Source: an uncultured delta proteobacterium
GTDB taxonomy: Bacteria; Myxococcota_A; Polyangia; Fen-1088
Direction: 5' to 3'
DNA length: 64,000 bases
Assembly (NCBI GenBank): GCA_963755125.1
Contig: CAVWIP010000010.1
Location: 192,001-256,000 of the forward strand
Shown piece by piece: positions 8,840-17,854 of this stretch. Made by a program: the position numbers and the translations under genes. The notes below the pieces were generated by a model. That model did not search any database. It was given only the letters and a program-made list of their open reading frames with translations, and was not told the DNA's origin. Every line of letters starts with the position of its first letter. The stretch's first letter is position 1.

Positions 8840-9673
8840 ATGTTTAGCGACGACGTGAAATGGATTCCCAGACCGCAGGACGTGGTGTTGATGAACACGG
8901 AGCAATTGCGGGACACGTTTTTGATTGCGGACCTCTTTGGCGCCGGCCAGTTGCGTGGGGTGTTCACCGGGCTTGACCGCATGGTGGTGGGCGGGGCCAT
9001 GCCGCTTGAGCCCATGGAACTGCCGAACCACGAAAAGACCGGGCGCGCTTTCTTTCTGGAACGGCGCGAACTCGGCGCCATCAACATCGGCGGACCGGGT
9101 TTGGTCCACGTTGACGGCAAGTCCTTCTCGCTGGGGCGGCTGGATTGCGTGTATGTGCCGATGGGCACGCGCTCGCTGGTCTTCGAGAGCGCGAACCCGA
9201 AGGAACCGGCGCAGTTCTACTTTCTAAGCTGCCCCGCGCACGCGGTCCATCCCGCGTCGACCATGAAGAAGAAGGACGCATGGGCGGCGACGCTGGGCAC
9301 CCAGGCGAACGCGAACCAGCGGACGCTTCATAGATACATCCACGAGGGCGGCATTGCTAGCTGCCAACTCGTCATGGGTTTCACCGAACTGGCGGAAGGC
9401 AGCGTCTGGAATTCGTTCCCGCCGCACACCCACGATCGCCGCGCAGAAGTCTATTTCTACTTCGATCTGGGTGAGAACATTCTGGTGCACTTGATGGGCT
9501 CGCCCACGGAGACTCGGCACCTTTTCTTGCGCAACCAGCAGGTGGTGCTGTCGCCCCCCTGGTCCATCCACTGTGGCTGCGGTTCCTCCAACTACCGCTT
9601 CATCTGGGGCATGGCCGGCGAGAATCAAAAATTCGACGACATGGACGGCGTGGGGCCAACCGACTTGCGCTAG
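8840..9673 (+). CDS. kduI: 5-dehydro-4-deoxy-D-glucuronate isomerase
   Basis: DRMVVGGAMP, FLERRELGAINIGG, FYFLSCPAH, SCQLVMGFTEL, WNSFPPHTHDRR, SPPWSIH, WGMAGENQ. Start moved to ATG 8840. Confidence 0.93.
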   Translation: MFSDDVKWIPRPQDVVLMNTEQLRDTFLIADLFGAGQLRGVFTGLDRMVVGGAMPLEPMELPNHEKTGRAFFLERRELGAINIGGPGLVHVDGKSFSLGRLDCVYVPMGTRSLVFESANPKEPAQFYFLSCPAHAVHPASTMKKKDAWAATLGTQANANQRTLHRYIHEGGIASCQLVMGFTELAEGSVWNSFPPHTHDRRAEVYFYFDLGENILVHLMGSPTETRHLFLRNQQVVLSPPWSIHCGCGSSNYRFIWGMAGENQKFDDMDGVGPTDLR

Positions 9674-9712
9674 ATGGAAAGGGCTTTCCCTGCCGAGCCG
9701 CAACCCCTCGGC

Positions 9713-11284
9713 TCACAGGTTCTCGATCTTCTTGAACCGCGGAACCAGCAGCTTCATCACCGACCAGGCGAGGATGTAGGCGACGGCGCAAATCCCGAAC
9801 ATGATCGAATAGGAGATCTTCGCCTCGGATAGCACCAGCGGCGTCTGCAATTGCTTGAGCCTAGCGAACGCATCGGCGTTGATGGCCTGCAATTGGGTGA
9901 CGACCTCCTTGGGGAGGCTTCCCAACTCGACCTTGTTGAGATCGATCGGGCTGCCGTGCTTGTTCAACAGGTTGAGGGAGCGGATCTGGTCGAGGTACGC
10001 GCCCAGGTTGCCGGTCTGGGCCTGCACCCAGGTCTTGGCAATGCCGGCCTGCCGATAGGCATCGAAGAGCCAGCCGGCCGACTTGCTCACCACGATGCCG
10101 CCCAAGCCGCCGAACATCCCGCCAATGCCGGTGACGGAAGCCACCGCCTTCTTCGGGAACATGTCCGAAACCGTGGTGAACAGGTTGGCTGACCAGGCCT
10201 GGTGCGCGGAAGCGCCGATGCCGATGAGCAGGACCGGAACCCAGTAACTAGTGCCGCCCAGGGGCTGGGCCAGCAGCACCGCGAGCGGGAACAAAGCGAT
10301 CAGAATCATCGCCCGCATGCGCCCCGCGTACGGCTCATAGCCTCGGTTGATGAAGAACATCGGGAACCAGCCGCCGCTTATGCTTCCGACGCAGGTCATG
10401 GTGTAGAGCACGGCGATGGGTGCGGAAATCTGCGTTCCCGTCATCCCGTATTGCGCCTTGAGATAGGCGGGCAGCCAGAAGAGGAAGAACCACCAGATGC
10501 CATCGGTCATGAACTTGCCGAAGGCAAAGGACCAGGTCTGGCGATAGGTCAGCAGCTTGCCCCATTGCACATACCAAGGGGTCTTGGGTCCGTCCGAGGC
10601 GGCCGCCTTTGCCTCGGTCGCTTTCGCCTCGGCGGCCTGCTCGTCCGCGTCGCTGTGAATGTAGTCGAACTCCGCCTTGCCCAGCCGCTTCTGCTTGGCC
10701 GGCGCGGCATAGAGCCAGAACCAGAAGACCAGCCACAGAAATCCGAACCCGCCCACGATGACGAACGCACCTTGCCAACCAATGTGTTTCGCCAGCCAGG
10801 GCACCGTGAGGGGCGCCAGGATCGCGCCGACGTTGGCGCCGGAGTTGAAGATCCCCGTCGCCAGCGCACGTTCGCGCTTGGGGAACCATTCGGCGGTGGT
10901 CTTGATCGCCGCGGGAAAGTTCCCCGACTCACCAAAACCGAGCACGGCCCGGGCGACCATGAACCCGCCGGTTCCCTTGGCAAGCGCGTGCAGGACCGCG
11001 CCGACCGACCAAACAATCAGCGCCCAGGCATACCCGGCCTTGGTGCCCAGCCAGTCGATGATACGACCGGCGAACAACATGGAAATCGCATACACCAACT
11101 GGAACACCATCAAGATGTTCGCGTAGTCCGTGTCGCTCCAGTTGAATTCGACCTCCAAGGCGGGTTTCAACAGGCTCAAAACCTGGCGGTCCAGATAGTT
11201 TACCGTCGTGGCGAAAAAGAGCAGGGCACAGATGGTCCATCTGTACTTCCCGAGCTTTTCGTTGATTTGCCTGAGGTTTTTCAT
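9713..11284 (-). CDS. exuT: MFS hexuronate transporter (ExuT-like, ACS family)
   Basis: RWTICALLFFATTVNYLDRQ, GESGNFPAAIK, EWFPKRERALATGIFNSG, about 12 TM helices. Adjacent to kduI. Confidence 0.85.
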   Translation of the reverse strand: MKNLRQINEKLGKYRWTICALLFFATTVNYLDRQVLSLLKPALEVEFNWSDTDYANILMVFQLVYAISMLFAGRIIDWLGTKAGYAWALIVWSVGAVLHALAKGTGGFMVARAVLGFGESGNFPAAIKTTAEWFPKRERALATGIFNSGANVGAILAPLTVPWLAKHIGWQGAFVIVGGFGFLWLVFWFWLYAAPAKQKRLGKAEFDYIHSDADEQAAEAKATEAKAAASDGPKTPWYVQWGKLLTYRQTWSFAFGKFMTDGIWWFFLFWLPAYLKAQYGMTGTQISAPIAVLYTMTCVGSISGGWFPMFFINRGYEPYAGRMRAMILIALFPLAVLLAQPLGGTSYWVPVLLIGIGASAHQAWSANLFTTVSDMFPKKAVASVTGIGGMFGGLGGIVVSKSAGWLFDAYRQAGIAKTWVQAQTGNLGAYLDQIRSLNLLNKHGSPIDLNKVELGSLPKEVVTQLQAINADAFARLKQLQTPLVLSEAKISYSIMFGICAVAYILAWSVMKLLVPRFKKIENL

Positions 11285-11450
11285 GGGCATTGACCGGGGG
11301 TTGAAGGAGGAGGCCGACGGCAACGGCTACGGAAGAATCCCGAGAGAGACGTTCTATGGGAGCAAGGGCTCAATTCGCCGCAAATTGGGCGAACCAGGTG
11401 ACGATATCACCGACCTTCGTCGACAGACCAAGCAAAATGAATGGGGCTGT

Positions 11451-11960
11451 TCAGCGTCCGTTCCGGTTTTCTGTCGCTCGTTTTGCGACCGCCTGGCAAC
11501 CGGGGCCACGCAGTCTGCGCTGCTGCCACAGATCCCAGAGCAGATAGGCGACCATCGCGACGTTGAAGATCAGCAGCACCAGCCGCGTGGCCGTGGCCTT
11601 GCGTGCGGCCTCGTAGATCTCCACCGGGATGTAGATCCCCCCGCTGAGCGCACCCAGCCATTCGGCCCAACGCCGGGCCCTCCACAGACCCACGGCCTCG
11701 AGCAAACGCAGCCCCGAATAGGCGGCGGCGCCACCGGCCAAAGCCCACAGACGAGCATCATCGACTTTCGACGCGACGGCGAGAAAGACTCTCGGGAAGT
11801 GCGCTGCCGGATTGAGATGCAGGTGCTTCACGATGTGCTCGGCAATCTGCTGCACATCGTGATGAATGAGCCGCAGCAAACCCAGGCCCACCGCCAGCAC
11901 GAGGATGCCCTTGGCCGCCTCGTACACCGCCACCGCGCGCAGCCCACTTCGACGTTGCAT
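11451..11960 (-). CDS. DUF2127-type membrane protein
   Basis: GLRAVAVYEAAKG, EAVGLW..RRWAEW, GIYIPVEIYE, FNVAMVAYL. Confidence 0.8.
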   Translation of the reverse strand: MQRRSGLRAVAVYEAAKGILVLAVGLGLLRLIHHDVQQIAEHIVKHLHLNPAAHFPRVFLAVASKVDDARLWALAGGAAAYSGLRLLEAVGLWRARRWAEWLGALSGGIYIPVEIYEAARKATATRLVLLIFNVAMVAYLLWDLWQQRRLRGPGCQAVAKRATENRNGR

Positions 11961-11979
11961 GGCCTGGTGTCCTAGTGGC

Positions 11980-11994
11980 GCAATCCGAGTGCCG
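11980..11994 (-). promoter_or_regulatory. Putative sigma-54 (-24/-12) promoter of the DUF2127 gene
   Basis: The minus strand reads CGGCAC-TCGGA-TTGC, matching YGGCAC-N5-TTGC. It lies 20 bp upstream of the ATG. Confidence 0.55.
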
Positions 11995-12011
11995 TGCCCG
12001 GCAGGTGACGA

Positions 12012-13040
12012 CTAGTCGAGCAGGATCCCATCTATCGCTTCCAGCTCGTCGGTGGAGAAGGCCAGATTGCGAAGCGCTGCCACGCCACCGTCGATTTGAG
12101 CGACGCAGCTTGCGCCAATGAGCGCTGACGTGACCGCCGGATGGCGGAGTACCCAGGCAATCGCCATCTGGGCCAGAGTCTGCCCACGTCCCTGCGCCAG
12201 CGCGGCCAGTCGCTTCACCTTGGCGAGCCGGTCGGGGGTGATGTCCCCGACCTTGAGGAAGCCGTGGGCCTTCGAGGCCCGCGACCCTTCCGGCACGCCC
12301 ACGAGATATCGGTCGCTCAGCAGGCCCTGGGCCAGCGGCGAGAAAACAATGCAACCCATGCCCTCGGCTGCCAATGCCTCGAGTAGGCCATCCTCGATCC
12401 AGCGGTAGAACATGCTGTACTTGGGCTGGTGGATCAAGCAAGGCGTGCCCAGCGCGCGCAGGATCTGCGCGGCCTTGCGCGTATCATCGGGTCCATAGGA
12501 AGAGATGCCGGCGTACAGGGCGCGGCCGCTGCGCACGATGAAGTCGAGGGCGCCCATGCTCTCCTCGACGGGCGTTTCCGGATCCGGGCGGTGGTGATAG
12601 AAGATGTCCACGTATTCGAGACCCATGCGCGCAAGACTCTGGTCGAGGCTGGCCACCAGATACTTGCGGCTGCCCCAGTTGCCATAAGGCCCGGGCCACA
12701 TGTCCCAGCCTGCCTTGCTGGAGATGATCAGTTCGTCGCGATGGGGCCGCAGATCCTTGCGCAAGATATTTCCGAAGGTTTCTTCCGCGCTGCCGGGAGG
12801 CGGTCCGTAGTTGTTGGCCAGATCGAAGTGGGTGATGCCCAGATCGAAGGCGCGGCGAACCATGGCGCGGCTGTTCTCGAACACATCCACGCCGCCGAAG
12901 TTGTGCCAGAGGCCGAGGGACACAGCCGGCAACCGGATGCCGCTCTTGCCACTGCGCCGGTAGACCATGCTGTCATAGCGGGTGCTGGACGCTTGGGTGT
13001 TCACGCCATCCTGCTTCGCATCCCCCTCGCGCAAGATCAA
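12012..13040 (-). CDS. mgrA: Aldo/keto reductase, L-glyceraldehyde 3-phosphate reductase (MgrA/YghZ)
   Basis: LPAVSLGLWHNFG, FDLANNYGPPPGSAE, GSRKYL, YVDIFYHHRPD, IHQPKYS. The true start may be GTG 13004. Confidence 0.92.
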   Translation of the reverse strand: MILREGDAKQDGVNTQASSTRYDSMVYRRSGKSGIRLPAVSLGLWHNFGGVDVFENSRAMVRRAFDLGITHFDLANNYGPPPGSAEETFGNILRKDLRPHRDELIISSKAGWDMWPGPYGNWGSRKYLVASLDQSLARMGLEYVDIFYHHRPDPETPVEESMGALDFIVRSGRALYAGISSYGPDDTRKAAQILRALGTPCLIHQPKYSMFYRWIEDGLLEALAAEGMGCIVFSPLAQGLLSDRYLVGVPEGSRASKAHGFLKVGDITPDRLAKVKRLAALAQGRGQTLAQMAIAWVLRHPAVTSALIGASCVAQIDGGVAALRNLAFSTDELEAIDGILLD

Positions 13041-13083
13041 GCAGGAAGCGACGTGTATTCGTACTGCATGCGCCGAGCGCCCA

Positions 13084-14391
13084 CTACTGTCCCAGTGCCC
13101 GCCGCAGATTCACGCGCGAGATCGCCAGCTCATACTGCGCGCGCAGATAGTTGAGCCGGGCCTGGGTCAGGGCCGACTGCGCTTCGAGCAGATCCGTGGT
13201 GGTGGCGGTGCCCGCCTGCAGTTGCGCGTCAGTCACTCGATAGGCTTCCTGCGCGCTGGTGATGGCCTGCTCGGCGACGGAAATGGCGCTGGCCGCGGCG
13301 TCCAGTTGGGCCATCCCCGAGGTCACCTCGGCGCGAATCTGCTGTTTCTGGTTCTCCAGATCGAACGCAGCCGCACGCGCCTGCGCCTGGCTCGCGCGAT
13401 AGGCGGCGTAGCTGGCGCCCCATTCCCAGATGGCCCACTTGGCGTTGATTCCGATGAACTCGGAATTTGTGGGCACGATAACCTGGCCATACGAACGCAG
13501 GTACGCTCCCTCAAGATCGATCTCGGGCAGGAGAGCATACAGGCGCGCCCGTCGCTGGTGCTCGCCCGCCTCCAAAGACAGCCGGGTCTGCAGGATCTCC
13601 GGCCGGCCGCTCAGCGCCTGGTCCTGGGCCGCCGCAGGCTCGGGCCGCTTCTGGCCCGACTCCAGCAGAGACTTCGGTTCGACGAAGGTCACGTTCGCGT
13701 CGTCGGCCGGCAGGCCCATGAGCGCCAGCAGGCCGGCGCGCGACACCAACTCCTGCGAGTGCGCCTGAATCGCTTGCTGGCGCGCGTTCGCCGCGGCCAC
13801 CTGCACGCGCAGAACATCGGCTTCGGTGAGCACGCCCGTGGCCAACTGTGCGCGCGCCACTTCCAGGCGGTCGTTGAGCTCGCGCTCGGAGGCGAGCGCC
13901 GTGCCCTCCAGCGCCCGGGCCTCGAAGACCCGCAGGTACATGGTTTCGACCGCCTGGCGCACGGACAGCTCCGCGCTTTGCACCTGGGCCGCGCCGGCAT
14001 CGCTGCTCTTCTGCTGGCTCTCGTAATCGGCGGACAGGTGCAAAAGGCCGAGTAACGGCTGGTCTGCCGCGACGGTGAAGACGTTGGTGTCCTGCTTGCG
14101 CACCAGAAACGGCGGCGCACCCGGGCCGAGGGACGCGTCGAAGGCCGCATTGTAGTGCTGGTATTCGTCGGCCAGATGAATCGCGGGCGCCAGGCGGCGC
14201 GCGGTGCTGCTGGTCGCGGCCTGCCCCGCTTCCAGACGCGCCCGTGCCGCCTGCAGACTGGCATTCTGCGCGATGGCCAGCACCACCGCGTCGTCGACGG
14301 TGATGACGCGCGACTCGCCCGCCGTTGCGCCAACGCAAAACAGCGTCGCAAGTGCGCAACAACCAAGAAAGAACGGGGAAAACCTACGCAT
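13084..14391 (-). CDS. TolC family outer-membrane efflux protein
   Basis: Signal peptide, two helical OEP repeats (GVLTEADVL, GTATTTDLLEAQ). Last gene of an efflux operon. Confidence 0.88.
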   Translation of the reverse strand: MRRFSPFFLGCCALATLFCVGATAGESRVITVDDAVVLAIAQNASLQAARARLEAGQAATSSTARRLAPAIHLADEYQHYNAAFDASLGPGAPPFLVRKQDTNVFTVAADQPLLGLLHLSADYESQQKSSDAGAAQVQSAELSVRQAVETMYLRVFEARALEGTALASERELNDRLEVARAQLATGVLTEADVLRVQVAAANARQQAIQAHSQELVSRAGLLALMGLPADDANVTFVEPKSLLESGQKRPEPAAAQDQALSGRPEILQTRLSLEAGEHQRRARLYALLPEIDLEGAYLRSYGQVIVPTNSEFIGINAKWAIWEWGASYAAYRASQAQARAAAFDLENQKQQIRAEVTSGMAQLDAAASAISVAEQAITSAQEAYRVTDAQLQAGTATTTDLLEAQSALTQARLNYLRAQYELAISRVNLRRALGQ

Positions 14392-14394
14392 GGC

Positions 14395-15624
14395 TCACCT
14401 GAGATGCACGGTCACGTCCACGGAATACCCGGCCCGCAGATCGAGATCCTTGGGGGGATTGACCCAGGCGATGCGCACCGGAATCCGCTGCACCAGTTTG
14501 ACGAAATTGCCCGTGGCATTGTCCGACGGGATCAGCGAAAAAGTGGCGCCAGTTCCCCCAGAGAAACTTTCCACCCGGCCCGCCAGCTTGCGGCCGGGAT
14601 AGGCGTCCACGGTGATGACCGCGCGCTGCCCGGGTTTCATGTGACCCACCTGCGTCTCCTTGAAATTGGCGACGACGTAGGTCGCAGTGGGAACGATGGA
14701 AACCACCGGCTGCCCGACAGCGGCCAGTTGCCCCGCGTGCGCCACCAGCTTGGAAGCCCAGCCGTCGACCGACGCCACGATCTTGGTGTACGAAAGCTGC
14801 AGCCGCGCCAGATCCAAAGCGGCCTGCGCGCTTTGCGCGCGCGCGTGAGCCAGCGCTGCATTGGCCTCGGCCACCGCGATCTGCGGCTCCACCGGCGCGC
14901 TCTGGCTCAAGCGTCCCTGGGCTTCCTTCACACGGGTCTCGGCGCTGCGCCGGGCGTCCTGGGCAAAGGCCAGTTGCGCGCGTGCCTGGGCCAGCGCCGC
15001 CTGGCTGCCGTCGTAGGAGATCTGGGCTGCGTCCAGGCGATCCTGCGGGATGGCGTGCGCTGCGCGCAGCTGCTTGGCGCGCTCGAGATCAATCTGGGTC
15101 TTGTGAAAGTCGGCCTCGGCGCGCGCCACAGCCGCATTGGCCGCCGCCACCTGGGCCGAGGCGCTACTCACCCCGACTGACGAACCGCTGACTGCGGCTT
15201 GCGCACTGGCGAACCCGCCGCGCGAGCTGGCCCGCACCACCTGCACCTGCGCGTCGGCGGACTTGGCTTGCGCCTCGGCGCTCGCCAGCTCGGCCTCGGC
15301 CTGGCGCACGCGGGCCGCGTAGTCGGCGTCGTCGATCTCGGCCAGCAGGTCGCCCTTCTTGACGATCTGGTTTTCCTCGATGCGAACCGCGACGACCTGT
15401 CCCGCCACGCGCGTGGCCACCGGAACGACGTCCGACGTGATCTGCGCGTCGTCGGTGTCTTCCTGGCCAGCGGTGGCGATGGTGTACACGCCCACGGCCG
15501 CTAGCACCGTGCCGAGCACCACCGCGAGGACGACGAAGGGCCTCCGCTTGCTGCGCGGGCGGGGCAAGGCGGGTTCGACGGCAGAGCCGTTCTTCTCACG
15601 ATCGGGCGACGGGGATTCCTTCAT
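14395..15624 (-). CDS. emrA: EmrA/HlyD family membrane fusion protein
   Basis: EDTDDAQI, VKKGDLL, ANFKETQ, FSLIPSDNATGNFVKLVQRIPVRI. Start moved to ATG 15624. Confidence 0.9.
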   Translation of the reverse strand: MKESPSPDREKNGSAVEPALPRPRSKRRPFVVLAVVLGTVLAAVGVYTIATAGQEDTDDAQITSDVVPVATRVAGQVVAVRIEENQIVKKGDLLAEIDDADYAARVRQAEAELASAEAQAKSADAQVQVVRASSRGGFASAQAAVSGSSVGVSSASAQVAAANAAVARAEADFHKTQIDLERAKQLRAAHAIPQDRLDAAQISYDGSQAALAQARAQLAFAQDARRSAETRVKEAQGRLSQSAPVEPQIAVAEANAALAHARAQSAQAALDLARLQLSYTKIVASVDGWASKLVAHAGQLAAVGQPVVSIVPTATYVVANFKETQVGHMKPGQRAVITVDAYPGRKLAGRVESFSGGTGATFSLIPSDNATGNFVKLVQRIPVRIAWVNPPKDLDLRAGYSVDVTVHLR

Positions 15625-15625
15625 G

Positions 15626-17257
15626 TTACATCTCCACATGAACCGGGGGACCGGCAGCGTCGGACGGGGCATGATGAGGCGCGCGCTTCAGGAAGTACAC
15701 CAGGGGCAACACGCACAGGAACGAGAGCCCCGTGAGCAAGAAGACCTGTTCAAAGGCGATGACTGCGGACTGTCGCGCCAGCGCCCCGGCCACCACACGC
15801 ACGGCGCCGTCGTGAGCCGCCGATGCGTTCATGCCCATCTGTGCGAACATCCGCTGCGCGCCGTAGAGGCGCGGCAGCAGCGTGGGTGAGCCCGCGACGA
15901 CATGGGTGCCCAGCACTGACTGGACCGTCGTCATGTGGCGCGTGAGCAAAGTCGCAAAGATCGCCAGCCCAATCGAACCGCCGATGAAGCGCGCCACCGA
16001 GTTCAACCCGGCCGCGTCGGCCAGCTTGTGTCGCGGAACCTTGCTCAACGCCACCGTGGCCAAGGGCACGAACAGACAACTGAACCCCAATCCCTGCACC
16101 AAAAGCGCACCGATGATCCCGCTCTGTGAAGTGGCCAGGGTATAGTGGCTCATCATCCACGTACTGACCGCCACGCAGGTCACGCCGAAGCTGACCACCA
16201 GGCGCGGCGACAGGACGTTGTAGGTGCGGCCCACGATGGGCGTGACCACCATCATGATGAGCGCGCGCGGCATGAGCGCCAGCCCCGACTGCGTCGCGGT
16301 GTAGCCGAGCACCTCTTGCAGGAACACCGGCAACAAGAAAGTCACTGACATCAGCAGCGCAAACATCACCCCGCCCACCACCGTGCCCGCGGTGAACACG
16401 CTGTCCTTGAACAGCGCGATGTCCACGGCAGGAGCGGTCGCGGTCATCTCGCGAACGACGAAGCTGGCAAGCGCAATGAACGACACCAGGGTAAGGCCCG
16501 AGATCACCTGCGAGTTGAACCAGTCGTCGCGATTTCCTTCCTCGAGCACGTACTGCAGAGCCGCCAACCCGATGCTGAGCAGGGCGATGCCGACCCAATC
16601 CAGATTCGCCCGGCGCTTCACCGCCATAGCCCGCTGGGCGGCGCGGATGTCCTCGGGTTCGTGCACGAAGTTGGAAACCATGGTCAGTGCCAGCACGCCG
16701 ACCGGCACGTTGATGAAGAAGATCCACGGCCAGCTGTAGTTGTCCACGATGTAGCCGCCCAGAGTTGGCCCCACCGCCGGACCGATGATCACCGCCATGC
16801 CGAACACGGCCATGGCCATGCCTTGCTCCTGGGGCGGAAAGGTCTGGCGCAAGATGGCCTGCTCGGTGGGCTGCAAGGCGCCGGCGCCCAGCCCCTGCAA
16901 AAAGCGAAACGCCACCAGAGTGGCCAGGCTGCCGGCCAGACCGCACAGCGCGGACGACAGGATGAAGATAAGCAGTGCGGTCATGTACACGCGCTTCTGG
17001 CCGAAAAGGTGTCCCAGAAACGCGGTGAGCGGCATGACCACCACGTTGGCGATGACGAAGCCCGTGGTGACCCACGTGATCTCCTCGACCGTGGCCCCCA
17101 GCGATCCGCGCAGGTGCGGCACCGCCACATTCACGATCGACGCGTCGATGGTGCCCATCAGCGTGCCAAACGTGACCGAAACCGTGACAAGCCACTTGTT
17201 TACGGGAGCGGGCCGGCCGGTCGAATTAGCCGTGATGGGGTTCTGCGCAGGGGACAA
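15626..17257 (-). CDS. emrB: EmrB/QacA DHA2 family MFS efflux permease
   Basis: DASIVNVA, WVTTGF, GPAVGPTLGGYIVDNYSWPWIFFINVP, LQYVLEEG..DDWF. Confidence 0.92.
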   Translation of the reverse strand: MSPAQNPITANSTGRPAPVNKWLVTVSVTFGTLMGTIDASIVNVAVPHLRGSLGATVEEITWVTTGFVIANVVVMPLTAFLGHLFGQKRVYMTALLIFILSSALCGLAGSLATLVAFRFLQGLGAGALQPTEQAILRQTFPPQEQGMAMAVFGMAVIIGPAVGPTLGGYIVDNYSWPWIFFINVPVGVLALTMVSNFVHEPEDIRAAQRAMAVKRRANLDWVGIALLSIGLAALQYVLEEGNRDDWFNSQVISGLTLVSFIALASFVVREMTATAPAVDIALFKDSVFTAGTVVGGVMFALLMSVTFLLPVFLQEVLGYTATQSGLALMPRALIMMVVTPIVGRTYNVLSPRLVVSFGVTCVAVSTWMMSHYTLATSQSGIIGALLVQGLGFSCLFVPLATVALSKVPRHKLADAAGLNSVARFIGGSIGLAIFATLLTRHMTTVQSVLGTHVVAGSPTLLPRLYGAQRMFAQMGMNASAAHDGAVRVVAGALARQSAVIAFEQVFLLTGLSFLCVLPLVYFLKRAPHHAPSDAAGPPVHVEM

Positions 17258-17516
17258 ATGAACTTCCAGACGTCAGCGAAACGGAACGCGCAAGATACGT
17301 TCGAGATTGGAATAGTCAACCGCAGGGAGCGCGTCCTTTCACTAGCTTCGATGCCGCGGTCCGTCCGGCGTTGCGGCTCAGTCTAGCCAAACGAGATGCC
17401 CGCGTCACCACGCTCGGTCTACGGCAGACGCTGGAAGCAGCCGGACAGCGGCTCATCGGCCTGCGCGATCGGGCGGCGCGGGCGCGGGGACGCGTGTAAT
17501 CGACGAGCGACTCTCA

Positions 17517-17683
17517 GAGCGTGTTCAAAAAGTGGACAGGAGTGGATGGCGGGGTGAAATCGGCGCATGCCATCGCGAACCCGCTACCCCACGGATCTGA
17601 AGGATGAGGAATACGCAGTTATCAAGGACCTGATCCCGCCGCCCAAGCCCGGAGGGCGGCCGGTGACATACGAACGGCGGGAG
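17517..17683 (+). mobile_element. Truncated IS5-family (IS1031-like) element: left end plus about 39 codons of transposase
   Basis: TCA followed by GAGCGTGTTCAAAAAGT is an IS1031-type end. ORF from 17567, MPSRTRYPTDLKDEEYAVIKDLIPPPKPGGRP..RE, is a typical IS5 transposase N-terminus. No DDE domain or right end follows. Confidence 0.75.
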
Positions 17684-17839
17684 GGAGGGTTTGGCGAGGC
17701 CGAGCGCGTGGGCCCGAGTGTAGCGAGCGGTGTGGTGGGGAAGGTGCAGATCCCGAAGTCCCCGAAGGGGGAAGCGAGCGGGAAGGTGGTGGCGGTGGGG
17801 AGCCGAAGGGCGAAGCGAACCCTTTGAGGGTTCCCATGT
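17683..17839 (+). repeat. REP/BIME-like dispersed repeat, copy A
   Basis: GGGAGGGTTTGGCGAGGCCGAGCG ... CCGAAGGGCGAAGCGAACCCTTTGAGGGTTCCCATGT, shared with copies at 24465, 28754, 28998 and 50510. Confidence 0.75.
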
Positions 17840-17854
17840 CAGCGCGCGCTCGAG

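Noticed and set aside
17567..17827. Intact 86-aa protein
   Set aside because: It is a chimera of a transposase N-terminus and read-through into repeat DNA.
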